From NCBI GenBank assembly GCA_951406725.2, contig OX597815.1, forward strand, positions 115,382,001 to 115,446,000: 64,000 bases of DNA, given 5' to 3'. The DNA comes from Octopus vulgaris. Its lineage: Eukaryota. Position 1 is the first letter of the stretch; every line of letters begins with the position of its first letter. This document shows positions 26,518 through 41,389 of this stretch, in pieces. The translations under genes and the position numbers were made by a program. Under the pieces are notes generated by a model. The model was given only the letters and a program-made list of their open reading frames with translations, was not told the DNA's origin and did no database searches.

Positions 26518-28008
26518 ACAAATACCATAGTAATATGACATTCTAACAATTCATCCATGTTAAGTAGGATATAAAGATTGTCATTTATTCATTATTTATT
26601 TGTTTAATTAGAAAAGGGTAGTAGCACCCCTGATCTTGTTCAGAGCCTCTGAGACTTAGAGGAGGAAGGGAGAAAGTTATTCCTTCATTGGAGACATGGC
26701 CTGAATCTGTGCAACAGGATGGACTCTGCTTAAGGCACCCAAAAGCCAGACAGTGGTGCTAACCCTATCAACAGATAGTGTCTACCACAAAGGAACAGGA
26801 ACTGTCACTCCAATGGGCTTCCACACAGTTTTGAAGTTTCACTTACAAATCTTTGGCTGAACCAGTGGTAGAAGATACTTGCAAAAAGTGTTTCACAGTA
26901 GAAGTGAACCTGAAGCTGAGCAGTTGCAAACTTCTTAACCACACAGCCATACCACACAGCCATACCACCCACCCATACTTATCCACACAGCCATCAATAT
27001 ATGACTGATATTCATTTTATTAAGCAAGATGATATGAAAGGAAAAGTTGATTTTAGATGAATTTAGATGGAGAAAATATAGGGATTAAATTAATAAATGT
27101 TTCTACTGTAAACACAAGGCCTGAAATTTGGTGGTGGGGGTGTTTTTCAATCGCATTAACCCTAGTGCTCAACTGGTACTTATTCTATCAACCCCCAAAA
27201 GGATGAAAAGTAAAGTTGTCCTTGGTGGAATTTGAACTCAGAATGTAAAAACAGACAAAATACCACTAAGCCTTTTGTCTGGTATGTTAACGATTTTGAC
27301 AGCTTGCTGCTTTACTTGTAATTATGAAACTTACTTTCCATATTTCTTTAGACATTACACTGTGTAACGTGATTTTTGTCCTTGGGTAGCAACTATTACT
27401 CCCTATTTGCTTACCCCTATAAAGTATGAAAAATAGTTAATATTTCCTTCAAACTTTGCTTTTACTATATTAATTCAAACCCCAAAGAATTCCTCTCAAC
27501 ACATAGCTATAATGTTCCCCCAATGCTCCTGCTCATGATCAGAGATGAACATATTGTCACTCACTAAGGGACATGCTCAAGTAGTTATGGTCAAGCAACT
27601 AACAAGTAAATCTGTGGTATTGAGCTGAACATTTGTTATAATGATACTTCTGTTTCAGCAACTCAGTGTTGAATCTGTCTAAAATGTAATGGAAAACAGG
27701 TCAGTTTCAAAAAAATTGATGTCCAGGTCACAAAAGCAAAGTTTGAAGGGAAGTGTAGTCTTTTCCTTTGATTTCTAAAGAGAAACAACTAGGAAATAAC
27801 ACTGACCAAAGACAAAAAGAAGAAAAAAAATTAAAATTTGTTACACAGTGATATCTTTCATTCATGATTTGGTTTGGTTATGTAGTTTTAACTTTAACTC
27901 ACTAAGTAAAGTCTGCTGGTTTTCAGAATTTTGTATCATGTTCTATGGATTATAATCTGAACATAGAAACAGGAAAGTAATAAAAACATTTTAACAATGC
28001 AAATGTAG

Positions 28009-28042
<34 letters not shown>

Positions 28043-28047
<5 letters not shown>

Positions 28048-29310
28048 TAGATATGTTTCGACCAAAGATTGGTCCAGGCCATGTCTAACTTAATAGCACC
28101 ACCTGATAGGATTATTCGAATCCTGTTTAAGTCAAGTTTTGTTTAAGTAGTGAGTTCTTGTTGGGTGAGTTGTATCCAGTTTTGTTCAAGTAGTGAGTTC
28201 TTGTTGGGTGAGTTGTATCCAATTATGGGTGGCTTATCTGGTATTCTTTGAAGGAATCTATCCAGACTCTGTTTAAAGTTGATGGGATCCTTTTCCTCTT
28301 TGATCTCCCTCAGGACAATGTTAAATAGGGCAGGGCCTGTTGAGGAAAAGAAATTATGTTGCAGTGTACATGTATGTTGTGATCTTGAATTTGGCAGGGG
28401 ACGTATAGCCTGTGGTCCAAGTCTTGGATGAACCTTGAAGCTAATGTTTAGGTCGTTTGGGCAAAGTTGGCGGTATATTTTCCACATCGTACAAATGATG
28501 TACCGCTCACAGCGACGCTGGAGGGAGTAAAGTTTCAAGGCTTTAAGGCGATCCCAATAATCGAGAGCAGCCATGCCTTCAATTTGTTTAGTGAGAGCCC
28601 TCTGGGGTGACTCAATTCTGGAGATGTTTTGTCTTGTGTGAGGAGACCACAGTGGGCAGCAGTATTCAAGGTGTGGCCGTACAAAGGAGGAAAAAAGTGG
28701 TATGATGACACCTTGTTCTCTGGACTGGAAAGTTCTTAAGATCCAGGAACTCATCCTACGAGCTATATCACCTTCTTGTTGATTGCACTCCAACTGAGAT
28801 CGTCATCAACAATTACACCCAGGTCTCTGATATTGTTAGAGGCTGTGAGCGGTTCCCCTGAAGGAAGAGAGTATGGTTGTTTTAGTGAGGAATTTCTTCC
28901 AAAATGCATCAGCTCAAATTTTCCCTCATTCAGTTGCATTTTGTTTCTGTCTGCCCATTGACTCACAGCATATAGATCAGACTGGAGTTGAGTTCGGTCT
29001 GCTTCTTCATTGACGATTTGCTGGAGCTTAGTGTCATCAGCGAATATTTTCACTTTGCAGTAATGTATGACACTGGAAAGGTCGTTTACGTAAATTATGA
29101 AGAGTAGCGGACCCAAAACAGTTCCCTGGGGAACACCGCTGGTGACTTTTGCTGGGTTTGAGTGGACTCCATCAACTACAACATGTTGTGTTCTATTCGC
29201 CAGGAAATACTTAATCCAGTGTAGAACTTTTTCACGGATTCCAACATTTGCCAATTTTGAGAGTAGGATGTTATGGTCTACCCTGTCGAACGCTTTACTG
29301 AAGTCAGATC
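28043..29310 (-). mobile_element. CR1-group LINE, 5'-truncated, frameshifted RT
   Basis: DFSKAFDRVDH, SGVPQGTVLGPLLF, FADD and RDLGV in ORF 28763-29317, continuing as RPHLEYCCPLWSP in ORF 28143-28793. 3' end abuts (TA)n. Confidence 0.93.
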
Positions 29311-30745
29311 CATCCAACCCATGTCAGTATGAAGAACAGTAATGATGACAATAATGACAATCTATACAATGTCTTCACTTGGATTTCTAGAAGAAAAGTG
29401 TTTGCATGTAGTTAAATCTAGTATGATATCTGAAAAACAAAATGGACAATTCTTGAATTGGTACTAAAGATAGGTTTTTATTGAAATTCCTTAACTATTT
29501 GTTTTTCTAAATTTGTCAGTGCTACTTATATGATAAAAGGTTGCTAGCCTCTCATATCAATACTGTCCTATGTTGGAAGAGTTTATTCTTTTTCTAAGTA
29601 CTTCTTAAATTTCCAAGCAAACTAGTTTTCAAATTGACCTTAATGAAACTCATAATGAGCATCATGATAATTACACATGCCAAATAGCAGTTACACATGA
29701 ACACAAACAACCTAAAATAAAGGCATATATCTACTCACCCATACATGCCAATGTACATCCAATACACATGTCAATTGATAGAAATTATCTTTGGTTGTTA
29801 TTGAGACATAATCTTAATTAAAATAGTTTTAAAAAATCATCCACTTGCAAATAATTTATTCCAAAAAATTATTTTTTGCTACTTTGATTTGGTGTGCATT
29901 TTTAATACAGCATATATATCATTTTTCATTATTAGAATATATAAGTACAAATGTATATATAATATATAAAAAAATGTTTGATATAAATGCATTTTTGTTT
30001 AAAAGTAATACTACTATTGAAAAATTCTTTATAATTGAGAAATAAAATATTTGTCAGGCATTTTGTAAAAAAGATATCTTTTAAAATTACCCATGGTGAG
30101 CTTTTTTGTCTAGTTTTTGCATTTAATGTAAATTTTTAAATGACCAGTTTAATTTTAACATGTCAACTTAAACTATATAATTGCATATTCAAGCTGAGAA
30201 TGATTAGTAATTAAAAGAAAATTTTTTTCATGGTAATAAAAACTGAGCTAACATGAAACTACTTGAAAATCAACTTCTTTGATTTAATTTGACTACTGGA
30301 AAATTTTATTTATTTTTCATTTAAATGAAAATACCTTATTTTTCTATATACTCCATCACCAGTTTAATTTTGTCAACAAATACATCAACTATGTTTGTAA
30401 TTCTACTGTATCTGATAACTTGACTGGAGAACATGTCATATCCTATTTTTAATGGAATTCTGCTCAATGCCCTGGGCAAAGATGAAATATGAAGATTAAA
30501 GCTATTAGTTTTATTATAAATGCTAGTTATAACCTTATCATCTGTATTACCTTAACATCTAAATGATTAACCTTATCCTCCATGTTGGAATAGAAAAGTT
30601 CAAGATAGAGTATAGTAGTTTTATTAGGCTGCTCTAGTACATGCTACTCTGGAGTCTCTGTGGTGTGCAGCTGCCCACATTACTAGTATCTCCAGCTGCC
30701 CCTACATATAAACATGTATAATATTATATAATATGATATAGTATA

Positions 30746-30776
<31 letters not shown>

Positions 30777-31201
30777 TACATGTATGTGTGTATAAAAACA
30801 TGCTCTTAACTAAGCACAGGCTATAGGAAGAAACTCTTTTAATTTCCAATTTTTTCTTATTTACTAATCCTTGACTTTGAATTCTTAATATTTGATAAGA
30901 TGTATATACACATCAAAAACTGGTAATATTTTATAAAAGTCACTTAATGTAACAAATTTAAAAATACTTATCCTGTACAATTAAAAGAAGAAATGTAAAA
31001 ATACATCTTTAACTATACATCCATGCTGTTTCCGTTTTTATTTTTACCTATAACCTTTGATTTGTATGGATTCTTAAGCCATTTTCATTTCCCTCTCTTT
31101 CTCCCTTTATATATATATATATAATATATTTTTATAAAAACTTGTCAATTTCATATGTTAAATATGTATATGTATTAACTAGTGTTATGATATCTTTACA
31201 G

Positions 31202-31380
31202 GTCACAAGAAATGCTCATCTTCTGAGAGTAGTGCACTCAACTTTTCAAACAACTTTGGCCATAGTATAGGTGGTGTTGGACATCGTGGTGTTGAAGGTG
31301 TTATTGTAGCCAACATTCTCAAGCCTTTAGTATCTAAATGTGTTGATAGTATCAAAGAACTTAGCAGCCAAGAAAATATT
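31202..31380 (+). CDS. unc80: unc80 coding exon C (179 nt, phase 1 to 0); not in the ORF track
   Basis: tctttacag|GT ... AATATT|gtaagt. Encodes GHKKCSSSESSALNFSNNFGHSIGGVGHRGVEGVIVANILKPLVSKCVDSIKELSSQENI (cf. UNC80 FGNNF..VEGIIV..K.L..C....EL.SPEN). Confidence 0.93.
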
Positions 31381-32084
31381 GTAAGTTGTTTTTAGACATT
31401 GAAATGTTGGTTTCTTCATTTTAACAAGACACAATACTCTCTATATTTATTTTTTATTAAAATTTTTTTTTAACTTTTGGTTGATCAGTTTTGATTGAGC
31501 AAACTTATAAATGAACTTTATTCCATCCTCTTTAAAAAAGTATGTAAAAATAAAAAAGAACTGTCTCAAGTCCTAGGGTACTTAGTACTGATTACTCTGT
31601 TTCTATGCTGTATAAGATCATGCAATTCCCCAAGAACAGGATGCCAGAGTATGTATGATTACATTATTTTACTTGCTCCTTCCTTATTTGATATCTTAAG
31701 GTGGGATTTGAATGTGATTTGATTGTTACTTCTCAGCATGCCAAGCAATCACAATGGAGTTACCCTAGATTTTTGTGGAGGATAAACTATTTTACTAAAG
31801 GCTTACTATATTTTTGTTGCTTAAGTCAAACACTGAATTATATTTTAACTGCACCTTTATTGGTCAAATAATGGTGGTCAATAATACCTTTATGTTTTCA
31901 TTGAACTGAGACACCAGTGAGTGATTAATCACTAGGGAAATTTGTCTAAGCATGCAGTGATAGTGGATGCTTTGCGACTGACAATGTGCAAACATACAAA
32001 AATCACATGATCTAGCAATTCCACCAATACTGCTGGACAGTTTTCTTCTGCTCTTGATACTTCTGTGCTTTTTAGCACTATAAG

Positions 32085-32440
32085 AGGAGGACTGAGGACT
32101 TGATGGAGATGCTGGGGTTGGAGGAATCAGTGTAACAGTTGGCAAGGGCAAATGGAGTGTGGTAGTGTGGGCATGTGTTGAGGAGGGATGAGGAGCATGT
32201 TCTGAGGAGGGTGCTTGAGTTTGAAGTTAATGAGCCATGAAAGTGAGGTGGACCGAGGAAAACGTGGAGGGCACAGGTGGAGGAGGAGATTAGGAGGGTT
32301 GGCTTGAGAAGGGAGGACACCCAAAACCAGGCGAGATGGTGTGAGGGCAGTTGCTATGGCATTGAGGTAGATCTGGCCACCCCCGTTAACAGGGACAAAA
32401 CTTGGATTTAAAACACTGGATGATGATGATGATGATGATG
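32085..32440 (+). mobile_element. RTE LINE 3' end
   Basis: CGHVLRRDEEHVLRRVLEFEV motif followed by a (GAT)n tail. Confidence 0.75.
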
Positions 32441-33275
32441 TCTTTACAAGATGCCTTCTGAAGACAAAAACCAAATTATTATAGCTTTCTGTTAGTATAT
32501 CCATGTTAAGTAAGATATATAGATTACATATCAAAATAGTGTATTTTGTATTGAATGTGTGAATATTTTTTCTTTTCTTGATTTGTTGGGTTTGGAGAAA
32601 AATTCAGTGCCTGTGACCCTCATAGGCGCTCCTAGACCAGTGAGATTAACACTACTTATGTTCTGCTTAAACTGTTGCAAGTCAATACTTGCTGGAAAGA
32701 CTTAAGCAGAGAAGAAGAACTGGGAGTAGTAGTTTGTGTAGTACTTGTGAGGATTAGATATAATATGGGTGATAAGAGGAAGGGAGATGGGTGAGTTAGG
32801 AATGTTTGAGTGATGGTGGCATGAGACCAATCAGTTCTGAGGAGGAGAGGTTATTATAATGGCAGAGATAGAAGATAGCTTACCTTTGGGTCAGTAGCTG
32901 AAGCATGTTTGTGAGTAACTTTATACCAATCAGCTCAGTTGCCTTATGCTGGATGCAGTCTAGGATGTATGCACTTGCAGCAACAGCACTGTTCCAGATG
33001 TGAGAGCAATATTCTATTGTGGGCCCCATCTGAGCTTTATAGTATGTTAGTAATTGTTGGGGGATGAAGTATTTTAAAGTATTGAAGAAAAGAACCATTC
33101 TTTTAGACATGATCCTAACCAAGTTAAAGACATCTCAAAGAAGAAATCCTTAGGGATCTAGATGAGATCCTCAGGAACAGTGTGGCCTAACATTTGGAGT
33201 GATTGTTAGGGGTTCTAGTTATGTAGTTGTGTGCTGTTCTACACAGGTTAGAAATAACAACCATACCTCTTTTAA

Positions 33276-33493
33276 TTCTTTAGCATTCAGGTTGTTCTGT
33301 CTATGTAATGCTTATTTATTCACATTATTTTGAATTAATCATGTATTATCTTCTGGCCTCAAGTTTTTTTGTGTAGATTTTATATTTCTTGAATGACATT
33401 GTAGGGTAGGTGTGAGAGGTTGGATCTGGCTGGTTTGAACATAAAATGAGTAGAATATTTGAACCAGATATGGCTGGTTTAAATGCTAAAGAG
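33276..33493. mobile_element. TTAA-flanked (piggyBac-type) MITE
   Basis: ttaa|ttctttagcatt ... aatgctaaagag|ttaa: terminal inverted repeats plus TTAA duplication. Confidence 0.75.
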
Positions 33494-33876
33494 TTAAATT
33501 ATCTACCATCTCGGAGAAACAAATCAAACAACAAATGTAAAGGACACAAGGCAATGCAGTCCTAGATATACAAGAAGACAGGATAGCCGTGTCTGGAATG
33601 TCTTTGATTATAGTTAGATAACAACACTTTTTGTATACACATTCTTGAGTTTGTATTCATCTAAGCATCGGATAGACTTATCTGCATCACAACCTTTTTC
33701 AGTCAAACTTTATATGTTTTCATCCAAAATGTGACTTAGGTTCTCATATAACTTATCTTGCTTCTTGCATTTCTTAGTTTATCTCAATTTTGGCTACTTT
33801 CTCTTATCAGTTAACTGAACTTATTCACCTGGCATAAGCCATCCATTCTTATTGCATATCTATATCAACACATTCA

Positions 33877-33948
<72 letters not shown>

Positions 33949-34139
33949 CTCTCTTCTGATAATAATTTGCTTTAACTAATGAAGTAAATTTATTTCTTGT
34001 TTCCAAATATGTGTGCACAGTACATCTGAAGAATCAAAAGCTCAGCTCAGTTTAATACATTTTAGTTCCATTTTGAACATGATTTAATCCATTCAAAGGT
34101 TTTTATACATGTAATATACCTACTTGATCTACACACACA

Positions 34140-34680
34140 AAAAAAGAATGGAAGGCAAAGTTGACCTACCCCAGTGGAATCTGAACTCAGAACATAAAGT
34201 TGGAAGAAATCCCACTTAGCACTTTTTTTGACATGGTAATGATTCTGCCAGCTTGCAACCTTAAATCATCAGTTAATATTGATTGGTCTTCCGTAATGGC
34301 ATTTCATCAGTTCTTATGTCTGAGTTCAAATTCCATTGGGGTTGACTTTGCTTTTCATCCTTTCGAAGTCAATAAAATAAGTTTCAGTCAAGCACTGGGG
34401 TCAATGTAATTGACTTAGCCCCTCCCCTAAAATTGTTGGCTTTGTGCCAAAATTTGAAACCAATATTCTTTTCTACTCTAGGCCCCAAGGCCCAAAAGTT
34501 TTGGGGAAAGGAGCCAGTGTGATCGACCCCAGTATGCAACTGGTACTTAATTTATCGACCCTAAAAGGATGAAAGGCAAAGCTGACCATGGCAGAATTTG
34601 AACCCAGAATGTAAAGATAGATGAAATACCACTAAACATTTTGCCCGGTGTGCTAACATTTCTGCCAGTTCACTGCCTTA
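34140..34680. mobile_element. Three adjacent SINE family B copies in -,+,- orientation
   Basis: Family B core (tctgagttcaaattcc..ggtcgactttgcctttcatcct..taccag..actggggtc) occurs inverted, forward, then inverted. Confidence 0.8.
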
Positions 34681-36190
34681 ATTTGAAACTAATAATGATA
34701 TTGGTTTATTGAATTCAGTTCCTACCAAATTTAACTTTGTCTTTCATCACTTATTGGAGAAGGGGACAATATGAAAATAAACTTCTCTTCCAACAAAATT
34801 TATGGCCTTCTACCTATGTTAGAAATTAATTAACATATTTATTAAATAATTAACACCAGATATTTACATTTTGATAAGTGCAGTATTTTTTTAAAATTAT
34901 TTTTGAGTCAGAAGGAAGAGCAATGCCTATGGACTTTTACAGGGCCTATAAGACTGTGAACAATGCCATCTTAAAACATGAGCACACTGGGCATTTGTGT
35001 GAGGACCCTACAGGTGTAGGGGCCAAATTCTGATCTATGTAAGTTGCGAGTTGCCCTCAATAGATAAATACTAAAGGGCACAAAGGTAGTAGTGTTAAAC
35101 TAGGACTAAGTCTACCACTCACATCAGTCATGGCAGGTTTTGGACTCAGAACGAAAAGATCATGATGAACATTAGACTGGATTCCACAAGTCTGATGTTC
35201 TTACTGTTCCATCAATCCAACACCCTCAATTGGATTCTTTTATTGACCCTGACACAATGACAGATAAACTTGGCGTTGACAGGATTTGGATTTAGATTGT
35301 GGTGAGTTGCAACAAAGACTGCAAGGCATTGTTTCCAACGCTCTACTAATTCTATTCATTTACCACCTTAAATTAAGTTCTTTTATGCATTAGTAAAGGT
35401 TAAATTGTAATGGGGTCTTTAAACTGTTTCAACACTATACCAGAAACTCTAAACCCTGAATTTTCATAATGCTGGATAATCATTAGATAATTATCATCAT
35501 ATCGGTATGGAGATTAAGCCTTTTACTATCAACTTCCATGAGACTGCCATTAGTTCTATGATACAAACTTCCTATTAAAGTGATCTAAATTAAAACATCC
35601 TCTCAAAATTTCACGTTAAGTTATGTACTAAATTACACCAGGTTAATAATGATATTCTTAGTTTTAACAAACTATATATAGAAGAATATGTACTAGCTAT
35701 TTTAAGGAATTAAATAACATAGGTAAAATGTTTAAATTTATGCTGTTTATGCTCATCATCTGCATATAACTTGATTCTGTCAAACCAAGTTCCAGTGACT
35801 TTAAAGGAATCCTGTTTCAATTATCATAGTTAAATATGTATTCTAGAATTAACACACATAATCATAGAATGTTATGTCTCATTTAAAAAAAAATGAAGTA
35901 CAATCAATGTTTAATTTATCTCTTGAGCAGCTTGCTCATAATGTCACTATTTGGTGTTCAAATTTTACTATTATTGATTTGGTTTACGTTCTTCGAAAAT
36001 CATTTAAAATTGTACAGGTACTCAGGCTGTGTAGTTAAGATATCTGTTTCACAACCATGTGGTGTGGGGTTCCATATCATTGTATAGCACTGAGAGTAAT
36101 ATGTCTTCTACTATAGTATTGGATCAACCAAAGCTTGTAAGTGAAATTTGGTTGATAGATACTGTATAGAAACATGTGTGTGTGTGTGTG

Positions 36191-36256
<66 letters not shown>

Positions 36257-36688
36257 TAGATAGATAGATATAGATATGTATATATATATATTGTCTGTAT
36301 ATGTGTGTGTGTGTGTATATATATATTATGTACATGTGTGTGTGTATGTATGTATATGTATACATATTTATGTTTGTGAGTGTGTGAGCAAAAACAGCGA
36401 TGTGTTTACAACTCTTGTTAACATGTCCAACAACTCAGTAGTTTTTGATATGTGCAATCCCAGTGGAATAAAAATATTTTACTTGAAAAATAAGGATTGG
36501 CAACAGGATGGGTATCTGGCTGTAAAAATACTACCTCAATAATTCTTATTCAACCCATGCCAGCATGATTAACCATCTTTGAAAACAAAGATGATATTAT
36601 GTAACTAGTAACAGAGAAAATAAATCAATAAACTGTTTATGATTGTTACCATATGTAATGTGATGAAATATTGTTACTGTTTCTTCAG

Positions 36689-36867
36689 AGTTTATTCTGT
36701 GATGTGCGTCAGTTGATATCACACGTAAAGGAAGTACATGGTGGAACCTTACGCCGTGTTGCACTTAGTGGATTATTAGATTCTCTTGAAAGACTTAGAA
36801 AAAAGAAAACAGTTGAGAAGGAGAAAGAGAATGATAGAGCTATTAAAGGAACCCCCATATCAACTAG
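36689..36867 (+). CDS. unc80: unc80 coding exon D (179 nt, phase 0 to 2)
   Basis: ttcttcag|AGT ... ACTAG|gtaagt. Encodes SLFCDVRQLISHVKEVHGGTLRRVALSGLLDS (cf. UNC80 LYCDIRQLV..IKEAHG..FRRVALSALLDS). Confidence 0.95.
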
Positions 36868-37669
36868 GTAAGTACATTTTATTTTTAAATATTTTTGTAT
36901 CCTTCCTATGTTTTTACAGCATATACATGATCTAACATTATATACTATTGTTGATTTGCATCCCAAAAAGCCATCCACTTGATACATAAACCTTCACTCA
37001 CTAATTTTTCAAACATTGTGGTATGTTCCCTCTTTATCTTTTCTATCTGCTCTCACGAACCTGCCAATTCTAAATTTCACTTTCACCAAATGTCCTTCTT
37101 GCTTCAACCACTTCTTGTCTTTCCTGCTTTTACTATTTCCTCTCTTTCCTGCTTCTGTGATGTATTGTTCTTCCTACTTCTACCACATATTGTCCTTCCT
37201 ACATCTACCACCAGTTTTCTCTGTATTTTACTTTCTAGATCTTGTATCTTACCCCCATCTTCATTTCTTACAGATGTGCATTTTTTTGAATGCCTTTTTT
37301 CTAACCTCCATGTCTTCAAACTGAACATCAGTTGCATTAGACTCAACCAGTGAGCTACATACCTCAGACAAGAAGGATCTGTAAAGGTTCTGAACACAGT
37401 CCCTTCTTGTAAAACTAAATATATTGAAAGAAATTTCCATCTTATTTTAAAAGTAGAAAGGTGTATCATACAGTTTTCAAATGGAATGTAAACTTTTTAT
37501 TTTATCAGCTACTTTAATCAATTGAGATAATTAAAATGTCAAACTGGAATACTGCTATTGTGAACCTCATGTCATGTAAACATTCAACTTCAAAAAAAAA
37601 AAAAAAGGTTTAAAGAACAAAAAGACTCATTTCATGAGGTGCTGATAATGGATATTAAAATATACGTAG

Positions 37670-37718
<49 letters not shown>

Positions 37719-40027
37719 GCGTGCGTGTGTGTGTGTAAATAGAACACAGTATATAAGAAAATATGACTGAGTCAGCACTTATGACAAAGGAATGGACATA
37801 AATGCTAAAAACACTTTAAAGACAGAACAAACGAAAATTTATCTTTTTCTTATTGAAATTAATATGAAAATCTGTAAATAGAATATAAAAGAAAATTCTT
37901 AAATAATTACATAGTTTCCAGATATTTAATTAATAAACTATGCTGAAATATGCATAATGTAAGAACTGGCACAATTTACAATAATTATATATAATGAAGT
38001 GCTGGAGCAAGAGAAATAGAGCACTGGCCTAAAAACATGGTATTTAGTCTTATCTGTACTAATCTTATCTCTCTACAGTCTGAAGTTAATTCCTTCAAGA
38101 ATCAGCTTCACTTTTCATTTAACTGAGGTTAAAGAGATACATACCAGTCATTTTCAGAGGTTAATTCAGTTAGATATAATCTACCTCCCTTTTGTATATG
38201 TGTGTCCTTTGTGCCAGGATAAAAATAAAACATTATTAACACTGTTACATAAAGTGGAGCTTTGGATATGTCTGTATGCTCACTGTAATAAAATCTGCTA
38301 TTACTCTCCGTGGTTTTGTTTAATATTTAAACCTTGTCAAATAGGATTTTTTGTGATTTTTTTTTTATGAAAGAAAGTATTGCAAATGAGAGGTATTAAC
38401 CTACCAATTCCCTCAAATTAATGAGGAAGCTTTTTAATGGTCATGAGCCAATTAAAATGCCTCCAAACATTTATGAGTCTGGGAACCTCTACATAGTCAC
38501 CTTCCTGCTAGAAACACCAGTCAAATCTTTATTTCTTTTGAAAGTAAATGTCACATTGGATAATATTATCTCATACATGCATATATACATACATGTATGT
38601 ATATAAGTACGTATTATGTCTTATACTAGATAAAATTGCCATTTTCGTCGTTGTCTGGTCTGCAGGAAGTGACTATGCTCATGGCCTTTGAGTCTGGTGG
38701 TATTGATACAATTAACATTCCTTATCAATAGTTGTGAATTGAAATTGTTGGAAAACATGCAGAGAAGGAATCCTAGAGAAATAAGACTCTAGGGAAGAAG
38801 AATTCAGCATAGTAGTTAGTGCAGGGCCTGGGAGTGTACAACATAGAAGATGAGAGGAAGAGACAGAAAAGGATTTCAAGTGGCACAAGACCGACCAGAT
38901 ACAAGGAGCGGAAACCAAAGTAGTTGAAAAGGCAGGGAGAGGTGGAGAAGACAATATGTCTGTGACCAGAAGGTAGTGAGATAGCAGAATCATTAGCATG
39001 CTGGACAAAATGTTTAGTTGCATTTCTTCAGCTCATTACATTTCTAAGTTCAAATGCAACCGAGCTTGACTTTGCCTTTCATTCTTTCAGAGTTGATAAA
39101 GTAATTACCAGATGAGCATTAACCAGGGCAGCTGCTGAACAGAATCACTTTACTCTTAATAAATAGAATAATTTCAGATTTCCTCTATTTCTGGTTAATC
39201 TTTTCTCAGAATGCTAAGTAACTAATCTTAAATGCTGATAATCCTCTCTGTGTAGCAGGAATCTTTTGTATGAATACATTTGTGTGGTTTCCCATTTTAA
39301 CCTATGGTTATATTTGAACCCTGCAGTGTGAACTAAAAAAAAAACTACACTTGTCAGTTATAAAGTACATTTGTTACTGGGATGTGCTGTACCCATGTTG
39401 GTACTTCTTGCAGCTTGATGGTCTGATCCATTATGGATTAAATGTTTTCAATGATGACTGGATATAAAGTGTTAACCACCATCATCTGTTTCTCATGCTG
39501 TCATGGGTTGGATGGTTCAACAGGAGGTGGCAAGCCAAAGGACTATGCCAAATTCCAATGTCTGCTTTGGCATGATTTCTATGACTGAGAGTACTGAGTG
39601 CATTTTTACATGGCATTGGCACTAGTAAAGTCACCAGGTAACTAATGAAACAAAACCCACAACCGAGGGTGTATAGTATCGAGGGAGGTGGTTATATGTC
39701 AATCTCAAATCCTTTCTCATAGTTTTACATGTAATTTTCTGTAAGTTTGATATATGAACATGTTTCAAATTCAGTTGTCTTATATAAATAATTAAATAAG
39801 CATTTCTATTGATGAATCCACTTTCTAATGCTAATTATGCAATCACTAATTAAGAATAGTGGTTATTGTCTGTTATCTGAGTAAAGAATTATCAGATGAA
39901 CTGTTTGCTTTTGTTTTGGGATTCAATAACTAAGTTTGACTGATAATTAACTGCAGAGTTAGTAAAATATGTAAATCCTAAGAACAAAGTATCTACTAAA
40001 CATAATTAGTTATCCACTTTTTTCCAG

Positions 40028-40160
40028 ACACACTACTTCTGGTACATCTGACAGTGGAGATGAAAAAGATTGGCATAAGTCCTCTTGTGTGAGTGTTCAT
40101 GAAGAATCTGCTCCTGTAAAGAATTCACGACGATCCATATTTCGAAAGAAAGTGAAAAAG
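40028..40160 (+). CDS. unc80: unc80 coding exon E (133 nt, phase 2 to 0); not in the ORF track
   Basis: cactttttttccag|A ... AAAAAG|gtttgt. Open frame RHTTSGTSDSGDEKDWHKSSCVSVHEESAPVKNSRRSIFRKKVKK; phases match both neighbours. Confidence 0.82.
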
Positions 40161-40368
40161 GTTTGTTGATTTAAAAGTAAATAATGCATGATTAGACTCT
40201 ATCTTTTATAATTATTTGTGTTTATTTTTTGTTTATACTTATTAAAGATGTAAGCTTATGGTGAGTTTCAATCTGCAAACTAATTTTGATTCTCAAATTA
40301 AATAGAAAGATCCTTATGCAATTTCATTTACTTTCTTTATAAATTTGTGCTTTTGAATCTAATATATA

Positions 40369-41238
40369 CATCAGGTCATTAAGAATGAAATGTCAGATTT
40401 TCTTATGCACCAAGTTTGACGGTTACTAACTCTAATATTTTATCCTGACAATTCTTGATTTACAACATTGAAGAGTTACACCATCTGAAACAACTTGGCA
40501 CGGTAAAGAAGCTGGACAAGTGGATACTACATGATCTGAATGAGCATCAAATGACACGTCTTGAAACTTGCTATTCTTTGCTGTCACAGCATAAAAGCAA
40601 ACCATGTTAAGTGTGATGAAAAATGGATTCTTTTCATCAATAGCAAGCGTTCTGAACAGTAGTTGGATAGAGATGAAATGCCAAAACACAATCCAAAAAG
40701 AATATTCACCAAAAAAAGCTAATGGTGTCTGTTTGATGGTCTAGCACTGGTGTCATCCACTACATCTTCATGAGACTTGGTAAGTCAATTAAAGCAGTTG
40801 TGTACATCAATCAGTTGGATGAAATGATGAGTGAACTTGCAATTAAACAACCAAGATTGGTTAATAGACAGGCCAATTCTCTTACAAGACAATGCTCTTC
40901 CTCATGTACTCAAGTTACAGGAACTGAACTTGGAAGCACCCTGTCATCCACCATATTCACCAGACATTGCACCAACTGACTGTCATGTTTTCCAGGCATT
41001 AGACAACTTTTTGCAAGGGAAAAACTTCAAATCTGAAGATGCAAAAACAGCTTCTTGTGATTTCATCACCTCTTCCTCTCCAGAATGAATTCTTCATTAC
41101 TAGCATAAAGAAGCTGCTGATAAAATGGCAAAATTGTGTTGATAATTTAGGTTTGATTAACTAGATTGCGTTTTGTTGAGATAAAGTAAAATAAACTTTC
41201 AGTTCAAGATCAGACATTTCATTCTTAATGACCTGATG
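40369..41238 (+). mobile_element. Degenerate mariner element (D,D34D-type transposase remnant)
   Basis: 26-bp perfect TIR catcaggtcattaagaatgaaatgtc. Motifs CDEKWIL, KKLMVSV, ILLQDNALPH and HPPYSPDIAPTDCHVFQALDNFL, with stops and deletions. Confidence 0.93.
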
Positions 41239-41389
41239 AATATATATATAAGACTTTTCCATTTTTCCCAAATGTTAAACTAATACACTTGCTTGTTGTT
41301 CCTACACCTGTCTTTATCTTTTGATTTTTTTTTTGTAAATTTAAACTATGTATATATATACGTGTGTGTGTGTATATATATATATATAT

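Noticed and set aside
28043-28130. Hairpins with GAAAC at the LINE 3' end as a hammerhead
   Set aside because: No CUGANGA box; consistent with ordinary LINE 3' UTR stem-loops.
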